From assembly GCA_039930665.1 (NCBI GenBank), contig JBDTTL010000001.1, forward strand, positions 1 to 49,922: a DNA stretch of 49,922 bases. Direction: 5' to 3'. Shown one piece after another: positions 9,703-17,736 of the stretch. Numbering within the stretch: position 1 is the stretch's first letter; the number at the start of each line of letters is the position of its first letter. The notes beneath the pieces were generated by a model. It saw nothing but the letters and a program-made list of their open reading frames with translations, searched no databases and had not been told where the DNA came from. The translations under genes were made by a program, and so were the position numbers. This stretch comes from Acidobacteriota bacterium (lineage in GTDB: Bacteria; Acidobacteriota; Terriglobia; Bryobacterales; Bryobacteraceae).

Positions 9703-10599
9703 TTGTCAGTGTGGTCTCAAGTAATCGGCACCGCGCGTTTTTTGATGTATCTCTATACCCAATGGGATATCCTCAACGTGCCGCGGATGGCTGCCAGTTT
9801 AACTTTCTACACTATCTTTGCATTGGCGCCCTTGGCAACGATATTTTTGGCCATCATGGGATTTGCCTTCGGCTCGGATACCGCACGGGACCACTTGGTA
9901 GAAGCGGTCCGCTATCAACTTGGCCAGACGGGAGCCGCCGTCATTCAGTCGTTGATTGAAGCTGTTTCCAGTCGCAAAACAGGGACTCTCGCCGCGCTTT
10001 TTGGACTGGCTGCGATGTTCTTTGGCGCCACCGGCGTATTTATCGACCTTAAGAACTCGCTCGATCTACTCTGGAACGTCTCCGACAACGGTTCCAGAGG
10101 ATTGGGCGATATGATGCGAGGTCGCCTGGTTTCCTTTGCCATGGTCTTGGTCACCGGCGTAGTGCTGGTCTTGTTCACGTTTATCAGCGTCAGCTTGTCC
10201 GCCGTAGAAAACCACTTTGGCGATTGGATACCAGGTAGGGGGCTGCAGTCCTTGGACCTCATTCTTTCATTCGCAGTCACCTCGGTGCTGTTTTCGCTGA
10301 TTTACCGCGTGGTGCCCTCTGAGCCCATGCCTTGGCGCCCCACGCTGCTTGGCGCGACCATCACTGCGATATTATTCACGGCCGGAAAGGCCGCCATCTC
10401 CAGTTATATCGGAACTGTAGGTATCGGATCGCTCTACGGCGCAGCCGGGTCGCTCTTCGCGTTATCAATATGGCTTTACTACTCGTCGCAGATCGTTCTT
10501 ATCGGAGCAATCATCACGCGCTCCCGTGCCCGTACTGATCGGATTGGCGAAGCGAGAAGACGTGAGAGTATTACTCCCGCCATCCAATATCCATCCTAA
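9703..10599 (+). CDS. YihY/BrkB (virulence factor BrkB / 'RNase BN'-like) family inner-membrane protein
   Basis: 298-aa polytopic ORF with the family signature PRMAASLTFYTIFALAPL near the N-terminus. Start is TTG at 9703 or GTG at 9709. Divergent from bamA across a 52-bp gap. Confidence 0.85.
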   Translation: MSVWSQVIGTARFLMYLYTQWDILNVPRMAASLTFYTIFALAPLATIFLAIMGFAFGSDTARDHLVEAVRYQLGQTGAAVIQSLIEAVSSRKTGTLAALFGLAAMFFGATGVFIDLKNSLDLLWNVSDNGSRGLGDMMRGRLVSFAMVLVTGVVLVLFTFISVSLSAVENHFGDWIPGRGLQSLDLILSFAVTSVLFSLIYRVVPSEPMPWRPTLLGATITAILFTAGKAAISSYIGTVGIGSLYGAAGSLFALSIWLYYSSQIVLIGAIITRSRARTDRIGEARRRESITPAIQYPS

Positions 10600-10822
10600 G
10601 ATTGTTCGCCACTAGAGATGCTCCTCCCCGCGGCAGACGTCCTTAGCGGGCGTCGATGGAGCGCTGTGCTTCCCTTCCGGGCGCGCTGATTCGGAAGAGC
10701 CTGTTGCCGTTCGGGTAGAGAGGCGCATAAATTGCGACTGTCGCCGGGCCCTACTTTCTGCAATACCTTACGAGCCTTCTGAACTTCGATTCTCGCCCAT
10801 CCCACCTAAAGGGAGGTGCATC

Positions 10823-11062
10823 GTGACGAACCAAATAGAAAGAAATCTCACGCTGTTCTTCGCGGGAGCATCCGTCGGGTGCGCTGTTGCGACGCTGGTG
10901 GCACCGTATTCTGGACGATGAATGCGAAGGCTGGCTCGCCGCAAAATTGAGGATGGCGCAGAACGGCTTTCGGAGGTAGCAAGCGGTCTTCGCGAGACTC
11001 GAAATGACCTATTAAGCTATTGCGCAAAGATCGTGAATGGCGCCAGCAAAGTTTTCGGATAG
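10823..11062 (+). pseudogene. YtxH-like small stress protein interrupted by an in-frame TGA
   Basis: Not in the ORF track. GGGAGG lies 6 nt before the GTG at 10823. The reading frame is VTNQIERNLTLFFAGASVGCAVATLVAPYSGR-TGA(10919-10921)-MRRLARRKIEDGAERLSEVASGLRETRNDLLSYCAKIVNGASKVFG*. The TM helix followed by AP.SG..R...K.EDG is the YtxH pattern and runs straight through the stop. Confidence 0.55.
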
Positions 11063-11140
11063 TTGCTTCGGTCGAAGTTTTGAGGCAATGGCGGGAAACA
11101 ATTGCCTCCGCTGGAACATCCCACAAGCAGGAGTATTTAT

Positions 11141-11731
11141 ATGCGCAATCTGCTTCAAGGGGTAGTACTAGTCGTTTGTCTTTCTGTTCCCGCGTTCGCG
11201 GAGTCTGAATCTTCTCCGATCGGCATCGGCGTCAAAGGTGGCGTTCCGCTGAATGACGCGTTCGTAGTCAGGGGTTCAAATCCCGTCCGTTATATTGCGG
11301 ACACCCACCGCTACACCCTGGGTCCCTACGTGGAGTTGCGTCTACCTGCCGGATTCGGGATCGAACTTGACGCCCTTTATAAAACCTATGAGTATCGTCA
11401 AATTGTACCCGCACCCAATGTGGATCAGAACTCGCACGCATGGGAGTTTCCTCTGGTCGCGAAGTATAGATTCCTTCCGGGTCCCATCAAGCCGTATCTC
11501 GAAGCTGGAGCTGCTTTCAGCCATCTGAGTGTTCACGATGTGAGGGAGTTGAATGATCGCAATACCTGGGGACTCGTAGTCGGCGGAGGCATTGATTTTA
11601 GACTCGGCCCGGTTCATATCACCCCGGAGATTCGCTATACCGGATGGACGTCCCGTCACTTCGACAGCCCAGGCACGCTACTGCAGTCGAATCGTAACGT
11701 GGCATCAGTGCTGCTCGGCATCGGATTCTAA
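11141..11731 (+). CDS. outer-membrane beta-barrel protein (OMP_b-brl/OmpW-like porin family)
   Basis: ATG at 11141 preceded by GCAGGAG. It has a signal peptide MRNLLQGVVLVVCLSVPAFA, alternating beta-strand pattern and a C-terminal ...VASVLLGIGF. Confidence 0.8.
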   Translation: MRNLLQGVVLVVCLSVPAFAESESSPIGIGVKGGVPLNDAFVVRGSNPVRYIADTHRYTLGPYVELRLPAGFGIELDALYKTYEYRQIVPAPNVDQNSHAWEFPLVAKYRFLPGPIKPYLEAGAAFSHLSVHDVRELNDRNTWGLVVGGGIDFRLGPVHITPEIRYTGWTSRHFDSPGTLLQSNRNVASVLLGIGF

Positions 11732-11978
11732 GCGAGTCGATTTACTGCGGGCTTTCAGGCGCAGTGCAACTCACTTCCGAACCATCCGCAAACCAAGCGC
11801 GCCCGTCCCGACGGGCGGCAATGTTCACACAACGACGCGGTCGTCCAAACCCTTTCTGGATCGATTGACCACCCCTGCGAGTCTTGCCTACGAAGCATCG
11901 GCGGTATTAAAACGACCGGGCAAGAAGTTTCAAACGTCACCTCTATACTTTGGTGATGTGCGTGCTCTTATGTTTGTG

Positions 11979-12417
11979 ATGGCTCTCGCAAAAATCCTGG
12001 TAATCGAAGACAATGCGCATGACATAAACCTTCTTCGATACGCCTTGGATCAACAGGAAGAGGACTACGAGTTAAAATATTTTGCAGGATGGTGAGGCGG
12101 CGCTCAACTTCATCCATGAGCATAGGAGAGGCGCTCAAAAGCTTGAGCCGTGCGTCATTCTCATCGACCTCTACCTGCCGATATACGATGGCATCGCGAT
12201 CTTGCGTGCCATTCGCCAGGAAACGACTCTGGAACATATTAAGGTCATGGTACTGACCACCTTGGCAAGCCCCAGTCAGGAAACGGAAATTGCTGGCATG
12301 GGTGCGTTCTATAGAAGAAAGCCATCGGCGCTCAACGACATCATCGAGCTTGCTTCGGAGATCATCGAATTGTGCAAGAATTCTTCTACAATGCCACAAC
12401 GCGTATTGGTCGATTGA
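11979..12417 (+). pseudogene. CheY-like single-domain response regulator with a +1 frameshift in a T4 run
   Basis: MALAKILVIEDNAHDINLLRYALDQQEEDYELKYF (frame of ORF 11592-12095) continues as LQDGEAALNFIHEHRRGAQKLEPCVILIDLYLPIYDGIAILRAIR...KVMVLTT (ORF 12082-12417). Removing one T from TTTT at 12080-12083 restores ...ELKYLQDGEAAL.... Confidence 0.8.
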
Positions 12418-12524
12418 GTCAGCGGCCGTATACGGCGATCCATTGGTGCCCGTGATAGCCGAGCACCACGCCACTGGGCGGAAACGCACCGTGCCATCCG
12501 CACCCGGAGTTGGTGCCGCTCGAT

Positions 12525-12856
12525 TTAATGGATCGTCTTCGCATAGAGTGCGGCCACATACGCATCGCTAAGGCTGCGATTGTAAATCCTGGAGTCATCC
12601 AACATGCTGCAGTAGAGGCTTCCTGCGCTCAAATCCGCTCCCAGGTAGATGCCTACATCTACAGTGGGGGGAGTCGTGCCCGCTGCGAAGGGTTGGTAAT
12701 CAGGGCTACTGCCAGAAATTCAGTGCTAACGTAATTCAGCATGACGAAGCTGCCTCCTGCAAAGAACTGCGGCCAGTGGTTCGCGTCATTCAGTTTTACG
12801 TCCCAGCTATAACGTTTGGAGACGATCCGCGGGTCGGTGCTGATGGTAGCGACAGG
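12525..12856 (-). pseudogene. C-terminal remnant of a LamG/concanavalin-like domain protein (frameshifted, no start)
   Basis: Minus-strand pieces are PVATISTDPRIVSKRYSWDVKLNDANHWPQFFAGGSFVMLNYVSTEF... and, in another frame, ...VDVGIYLGADLSAGSLYCSMLDDSRIYNRSLSDAYVAALYAKTIH* (stop 12525-12527). The D[DE]xRIYNRxLSxxEVxALY ending is typical of LamG domains. Confidence 0.5.
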
Positions 12857-12891
12857 TCACCCACATGCTCACTGCGCGAACCTGCCCGGTT

Positions 12892-13965
12892 TTAAGGATA
12901 TTCGAACTCCTCTCCCAAGTAGTTTCTGTGATGTATCCGCGCCTCATGTCGCGGTAGCACTATTTGAGAGCCGAATCCACTATTGTCCGTAATGCGGATT
13001 TCCGTCGGTAAGGCCGATACAATCAAACGATTTGTCTCCGGCGATATGAACCCTTCGATTTCAAAGCGGGCGCTGCCGCCTACAACAATAGGAGACGCTC
13101 TAGGAGTGGTAGTCTTCCAGAACTGGTTACGAAACTTGGCTTTTGCGTGGCGCTGGCCGTGTATGATAGTGCACTCGGTTCCGCCTTCCCGAAGTCTCCA
13201 GGCTTGCAAATTCCCATCAACTTCAAGCGCAAGCTCCCAATTGTCGTACCAGAAGCAACAATCGTAATCGGTGCGGTAGAGTCTCCACTCTCCGATGTGG
13301 TAAAGCTGATTGGCCCTTCCAAACTGGACCGGCTGCGCCTGCTCCTCAGACTGAAGCTGCGCTTTTTCCTCGCGCTCCAGTCGCTCCAAGCGGGCCTTCT
13401 CATCCGCGATGCGCTGGCGGTCTAGCGCCCGCGCTTTTTCCTCCGCAGCCTTGCGCTCGCGGTCCTCTTCTGTCGCACGGGTATTTGCAGTTGTGCGTTC
13501 TTCAGCGTCTGGGACAGAAGTCGGTGTCATTGCCGAAGGCGCAGGGGCCGGAGTGCTCGCTTGCGCTGGTTGCTCCATGCCGAGAGTCCTAATAAGGGCT
13601 TTGAGCCCGCGTGCATAGTCGGTTCTGAAATCGATGTGCTGGAGGCGAGCCATGCGGAAGGGCACGTCGCAATCACGGTAAAGAATCGGGATGACTCGTT
13701 TCTGCCTACTTAGAGCGAAAGAGACCTCGTCGCGAACATTGTTGGAGGTGGCCGAAACTGGAGATAGGATCACCAGCATGCACGACGATTTTATCAAGGC
13801 CTCTTCGACCGCACAGTCCCAGGGTGTGCCCGGCTCGATGTCAAGTTGATCCATCCACACGTTCGCACCGGCCGCCTTCAGGTCTTCAGCGAGTTTGAGC
13901 GCGAAATCGGAGTCCGCTCGGCAATAGCTGAAGAACGCGGACGGCACATCTGGTGGCACGGGCAA
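12892..13965 (-). CDS. TIR domain protein with coiled-coil linker and unrecognised C-terminal domain
   Basis: 357-aa ORF. The N-terminal ~130 aa fit the TIR_2 pattern (FFSYCRADSDFALKLAEDLKAAGANVWMDQLDIEPGTPW...CMLVILSPVSATSNNVRDEVSFAL...VIPILY). This is followed by an A/P/T-rich linker and a charged coiled coil (ERKAAEEKARALDRQRIADEKARLERLEREEKAQLQSEEQ). The last ~150 aa form a Trp/Cys-containing beta-looking domain of unknown family. Confidence 0.85.
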   Translation of the reverse strand: MPVPPDVPSAFFSYCRADSDFALKLAEDLKAAGANVWMDQLDIEPGTPWDCAVEEALIKSSCMLVILSPVSATSNNVRDEVSFALSRQKRVIPILYRDCDVPFRMARLQHIDFRTDYARGLKALIRTLGMEQPAQASTPAPAPSAMTPTSVPDAEERTTANTRATEEDRERKAAEEKARALDRQRIADEKARLERLEREEKAQLQSEEQAQPVQFGRANQLYHIGEWRLYRTDYDCCFWYDNWELALEVDGNLQAWRLREGGTECTIIHGQRHAKAKFRNQFWKTTTPRASPIVVGGSARFEIEGFISPETNRLIVSALPTEIRITDNSGFGSQIVLPRHEARIHHRNYLGEEFEYP

Positions 13966-14460
13966 TCTCCTGGCGCGGGAACCTTGTTCGGAAGAGCCGT
14001 TTCATGAGCGACAATGAACCAACCACAGGCCCGACTCGGTCGCTGCCACGACCTCGCTCGGGATGATTAGGATTCATGAAACAAAGTCCAAGAACACCAA
14101 CATTGTAAACTGAATCTTGGATTTGAAAAGCGGCAGCTTTCGCGTGCCCTGCGCGGAGTCCAGGTGGAGCGGGAGTGCCGGAACGGTCCATCGAGCTTCG
14201 GCGAGACCAGAGGAACAGTGAGCAAACTGGCGTAATATCCTCTTATCACTCATTGACCACCGAAGCGCACACCTCCGTCCCACCGCGCGGCATGAAGGCG
14301 GAGATCGCTAAGCGCTGGGGCATAGCGTGCAATGGTGCGCGGCGAGCGTTACGATTTTGGCATAGGTGCCAATGTAGTTTCTATGAGTTATGGAAGCGCT
14401 TGGACGCGTGGAGGGATGGTTAGTTTCCAGCGGAGAATGCGCCGCTGCGATGTCGGCGCA

Positions 14461-14607
14461 TCAAACTCGGCCTGTCAACACAAGCACCAGGACTACGAGT
14501 AACACTAAACTCAAGCCGCCACTCGGATAATATCCCCAGGCCGAACTGTACGGCCAAGTGGGAAGCACTGCTAGCAAAAGCACGAACAGCAAGATTAAGA
14601 ACAACAT
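14461..14607 (-). CDS. DUF3309 family small membrane protein
   Basis: Not in the ORF track (48 aa). GGAGGA lies 6 nt before the ATG at 14605-14607. The product MLFLILLFVLLLAVLPTWPYSSAWGYYPSGGLSLVLLVVLVLVLTGRV* matches the LPTWPYSxxWGYxPSGG signature. Confidence 0.75.
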   Translation of the reverse strand: MLFLILLFVLLLAVLPTWPYSSAWGYYPSGGLSLVLLVVLVLVLTGRV

Positions 14608-14682
14608 GTCATGTCCTCCATATAAACTGGAGGCAAGTCATGGTCCGATTCCTTGGTGTCAATAATCCAGGAGCTCGGCGCC

Positions 14683-15345
14683 TTATGCAAACCTTCTGAG
14701 TCCGGAAGAACTTGGGGGATTTGATGGCTTTAATGCAGTGTTTGCACCAATGTCAAGCGCAGTTGCATTGTCTTCCTGCTGCTGCGGAGTCAACGGACGC
14801 GACAAAAATAAACACGGAGCATCCCTCTGGAATAGCGGCACGTCGTTGAATGAAGCGACGCTACGATCGTCGATCGTCTGCATCAGCTTTTTGAGCAAGC
14901 GCGCATATCGAGGGCTCGGATTGTACATGCGAACTTTCTCCTCCAGGGTTTTGTCCTTGTAATATCGGCCTTGCGATAACTGGCGCGCTATATATTCAAG
15001 TCCCGCCCGAAACGACGAGAATCCCTTCCGCGCCGAAGCCCAACCCCACCGATTGTTTTGCCGTTGATGGACGCCGCAAGTACTTTCGAGGACCGAAATC
15101 GCCGGAAGCAAGCGGTAGTCGATCTCATAGGTATCGGCTGCCCCCACATACTCGGACACGTAATGCGGCGCCGGGCACCCGAAGGACTGAAAGAACATTT
15201 CCAGGCGCTCCACCCGCTCATCCTGGAGCGGCGCATTGTCTTGGGGCACCGTGACCGCCAGCGGATTGGCCGCTCCGAATACGCTGACGAGAAGCAGTAT
15301 CATGCGCGTTCCGACGCGGTGTTTTGGATTTGAATTATTGTTCAT
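14683..15345 (-). CDS. secreted protein with possible glucosaminidase/muramidase-like motif
   Basis: 220-aa ORF with an N-terminal hydrophobic signal (RMILLLVSVFGAANPLA). The segment LLPAISVLESTCGVHQRQNNRWGW resembles the LES..G...NN.FG motif of LytD/FlgJ-type glucosaminidase domains. The functional call is weak. Confidence 0.55.
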   Translation of the reverse strand: MNNNSNPKHRVGTRMILLLVSVFGAANPLAVTVPQDNAPLQDERVERLEMFFQSFGCPAPHYVSEYVGAADTYEIDYRLLPAISVLESTCGVHQRQNNRWGWASARKGFSSFRAGLEYIARQLSQGRYYKDKTLEEKVRMYNPSPRYARLLKKLMQTIDDRSVASFNDVPLFQRDAPCLFLSRPLTPQQQEDNATALDIGANTALKPSNPPSSSGLRRFA

Positions 15346-15390
15346 AAAGAGTGATCCAATTCAGTTTTCAGGGCTTGCTGAAATGCAATC

Positions 15391-15915
15391 CTACGAGCGC
15401 TTTGAGCGTGCTCCCTGACTAGATGGCGCCCTGGGTGAAGTCGTAACGCCAAGTGGATAAAAGATCCGTATAAAAGTTGAATGGTATTTGAATTCAATAG
15501 GTTGCGAGCCGACGCCTGGAGGCTTTTTGCGGTGGATTGGCCCCCGGACCAGCGTGGACATGTACGGTGAGGGATTTCGAATTGCGCTTACATTGTGCTG
15601 ATTCTGATATAGCGCTTGATGTCGCGGAGCATCGAGATGAATCCCGTGACGAAAAAACTCAATTCGGCTGGCTTCGTTAGACTTGAAGTTTTCACCGACG
15701 GCCTCCAACCAGGAAGGAATAACAAACTTGCAATCGTTAGACTCTTCCGCTGGCGATCCGTTGGGGCGATTGTTGAAATTGTGGGCGAACGCCTGCCTGG
15801 CGTGGCTAAAACGACTGGTCGGGACGTTAGCCACCAACTGCCGCTGCTTTTGCTCGCGAGAAACGTGCTCCCGAAGCACGCAGCACTTGGCGCCGCCACG
15901 ATTCGTTGGCTTCAT
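15391..15915 (-). CDS. hypothetical protein (doubtful ORF)
   Basis: 174-aa ORF whose ATG overlaps the stop of ORF 15912-16169 (ATGA). No family recognised. The 3' third crosses an AT-rich, promoter-like stretch (about 15440-15520), so the true extent is uncertain. Confidence 0.3.
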   Translation of the reverse strand: MKPTNRGGAKCCVLREHVSREQKQRQLVANVPTSRFSHARQAFAHNFNNRPNGSPAEESNDCKFVIPSWLEAVGENFKSNEASRIEFFRHGIHLDAPRHQALYQNQHNVSAIRNPSPYMSTLVRGPIHRKKPPGVGSQPIEFKYHSTFIRIFYPLGVTTSPRAPSSQGARSKRS

Positions 15916-16169
15916 GCCGCCTTAGCTTTTTTCGATCGTTTAGCTGGCCCGCCGCGAGCCTTCTTCGGAGATTCGGTTGCCGATGTAGCAGATAAGCTCC
16001 GCTTCGGCGCGGGCCCTTCGCCGAATACCGCCTGACTCGCGGTTGCAAAAAGATCGCATCCCGCGACAGGATTGCACCGCAGCCCGAAGGACCGGCAGGG
16101 TTCGTCGAGCGGGAATAGCCCGCCTGCACATTGGAACGCTGTTAGAGATCCCATAGAGTGCGGACGCAA
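15912..16169 (-). CDS. hypothetical Cys-containing protein with Lys/Ala-rich tail (doubtful ORF)
   Basis: 85-aa ORF. Possible internal start MGSLTAFQCAGGLFPLDEPCRSFGLRCNPVAGC..., ending in the basic tail ...PKKARGGPAKRSKKAKAA. Stop/start is coupled to the next ORF. No family recognised. Confidence 0.25.
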   Translation of the reverse strand: MRPHSMGSLTAFQCAGGLFPLDEPCRSFGLRCNPVAGCDLFATASQAVFGEGPAPKRSLSATSATESPKKARGGPAKRSKKAKAA

Positions 16170-16238
16170 CGACAGTTACCTTCGTTTCCAAAGGAAACAG
16201 ATTGGCCTTTAACCGGGTCTATTTCGCAGAGGATACGA

Positions 16239-16418
16239 ATGGCCGCCAAGACTGCAAAAAAGGGCAAGGGTAAGGTTGAAAAAGTAATGCATGAGTTCAA
16301 GGAAGGTAGTTTGAAATCCAGCAGCGGAAAGAAGGTTACCAACCGTAAACAGGCCGTGGCGGTGGCTCTTAGCGAGGCGCGACGGGCGGGTGTACGGATT
16401 CCGCAGAAAAAGTCCTGA
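16239..16418 (+). CDS. DUF6496 family small protein
   Basis: Internal ATG at 16239 of track ORF 16158-16418. The product MAAKTAKKGKGKVEKVMHEFKEGSLKSSSGKKVTNRKQAVAVALSEARRAG... matches the KVMHEFK.G.L.S.....V..RKQAIAIALSEAR signature. Confidence 0.8.
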   Translation: MAAKTAKKGKGKVEKVMHEFKEGSLKSSSGKKVTNRKQAVAVALSEARRAGVRIPQKKS

Positions 16419-16423
16419 CGCTT

Positions 16424-16666
16424 TTGAAAAGGCGGTGGTGTATAAATCGTTTCGGTGATCACGATGGCAAGTCGAAAGGCGCGGCAGACGGCCACGGTGA
16501 TCCGGAGCCCTCTGATGATTCCGACCCACCCATAGAATGGGTGCCCACGCGCACAGAGATCGCGGACCGCGCACACCAGCGTTGGCTCGAAGAAGGTAAG
16601 CCCTCAGACTCGGCCGACCGAAACTGGCTGGAGGCTGAGCGGGACCTAAAGACCGCGAGTTCCTGA
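16424..16666 (+). CDS. DUF2934 domain protein
   Basis: 80-aa ORF. The C-terminal half IADRAHQRWLEEGKPSDSADRNWLEAERDLK is the DUF2934 signature. Start is uncertain (TTG at 16424 or a later GTG). Confidence 0.7.
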   Translation: MKRRWCINRFGDHDGKSKGAADGHGDPEPSDDSDPPIEWVPTRTEIADRAHQRWLEEGKPSDSADRNWLEAERDLKTASS

Positions 16667-16875
16667 TTCCCTGTCTTGTGGTCGGCGGATGAGGGTCTGC
16701 GAGAAGCTCTTTTCACGGCCTGAGTGGTGCCGCGCTCGGCGCCCAGTCGCCCCATCTGGACCTCCTCATTCCGCCTTGTAGCGGCATCCTGAATAAAGTC
16801 GCGATTCTGCCCTCGCGCCAGGGGCAAGCCAACGGTGAACATGGCTGCGTTGAGTAAGAATTTTTTTGGGAGTGA
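16651..16875 (-). pseudogene. possible truncated DUF4142-like remnant
   Basis: Within track ORF 16459-16956, the segment ...NRDFIQDAATRRNEEVQMGRLGAERGTTQAVKRASRRPSSADHKTGNQEL resembles the DUF4142 repeat (D.F...AA....E...G.LA.......VK.FA..M..DH......EL). The remainder of the ORF runs antisense through the DUF2934 gene, so it is probably only a fragment. Confidence 0.35.
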
Positions 16876-17001
16876 GCTGCGATCTCCTTCCGCGGTTGGA
16901 TCGCTGCTCAAAGGAGGGTGTTTCGAAACCGGTAAAAATGCGCCGATGCCGCGCAATTGCAGGCACCGGCGTGAGTGAACAATTCCTGACGTCGATTCGG
17001 C

Positions 17002-17691
17002 CTAGTGCTTCTCTGCTGGCGATTCCTTTGTCAAAGCCGAGATCAATTGCTGTCCCGCAGGGGTCGGAGAAACGTTGCCGTTGACGATATCCCGGGTGTC
17101 CAGTCCCCGGCCATACAATACTTCGTTCTCTCCTTTGTCCGAACGCAAAGTAGTGCCTTTTAGGGAAACGCCGGCAAAGACTCCGCGCGAACGCGACCAG
17201 GACAACATTTCCGCCGTGAGCTTTGCATCGGTCTGCGCTGACGCATTCCGTCCTACAGGCCCGGCCGCAACCTCGCCCTCGCCGCCGACCGTGAATTGAC
17301 TCTGCATCAGCCTCTCGGCGCCTTTTTGATTCATGACCAACATAATGACGTCAGTCTCAGAGCCACCGATCTGAAAGCCTACGCTTCCACCTTCAATTTT
17401 TATGGCCGCCGGCGTGGTCCAGCCTCTGTCGCCTTTACCGCGGCACGTGATAAATCCCTTCCCGAATTGTCCGCCGATAATGAATGCACCTTTCTTCAAT
17501 CCCGGCACAATGACAGTGCACTGTGCTTTATCCAGCAGATCTTGAGGAATATCGCTGTCACCCGCGTGCGTCATCGAAGCGAGAACCTCGGTGGCATCCT
17601 TCAGGCGGTCGGCGGCTTCTCTACGGTCCTTTTCACTGGGGGCCGCGAACAGACATGCGGTCATAGTTAGAAATCCAAGCGTCTTACGCAT
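17002..17691 (-). CDS. lipid-binding SYLF (Ysc84/DUF500) domain protein, secreted or lipoprotein
   Basis: 229-aa ORF with signal peptide MRKTLGFLTMTACLFA. SYLF pattern: CTVIVPGLKKGAFIIGGQFGKGFITCR...GWTTPAAIKIEGGSVGFQIGGSETDVIMLVMN...FTVGGEGEVAAGPVGRNASAQTDAKLTAEMLSWSRSRGVFAGVSLKG. Confidence 0.85.
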   Translation of the reverse strand: MRKTLGFLTMTACLFAAPSEKDRREAADRLKDATEVLASMTHAGDSDIPQDLLDKAQCTVIVPGLKKGAFIIGGQFGKGFITCRGKGDRGWTTPAAIKIEGGSVGFQIGGSETDVIMLVMNQKGAERLMQSQFTVGGEGEVAAGPVGRNASAQTDAKLTAEMLSWSRSRGVFAGVSLKGTTLRSDKGENEVLYGRGLDTRDIVNGNVSPTPAGQQLISALTKESPAEKH

Positions 17692-17720
17692 AGTCGCAAA
17701 TCTCCTTTAGCAGTGAGCTA

Positions 17721-17736
17721 TGCAATTATTCTACCG
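17721..17736 (-). promoter_or_regulatory. weak sigma-54 -24/-12-like motif upstream of the SYLF gene
   Basis: The minus strand reads cGGtagaataaTTGCA. GG and GC have correct spacing and the -12 TTGCA is perfect, but the -24 is poor. The GC lies 30 nt before the ATG at 17691. Confidence 0.25.

Noticed and set aside
10919-10921. Reading the in-frame TGA (and the TAG at 29988-29990) as selenocysteine, pyrrolysine or programmed read-through
   Set aside because: The affected positions are not Cys or redox sites in the respective families. I saw no SECIS-like hairpin immediately downstream. Ordinary TGA and TAG stops terminate many other genes in the window, so a nonsense mutation or base-call error is simpler.
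10848-11126. 92-aa minus-strand ORF
   Set aside because: It is antisense to the YtxH-like reading frame, which has an RBS and a family signature. The minus-strand product has no features.
11968-12489. 173-aa minus-strand ORF
   Set aside because: It is antisense to the frameshifted CheY-like receiver, whose domain motifs are unambiguous on the + strand.
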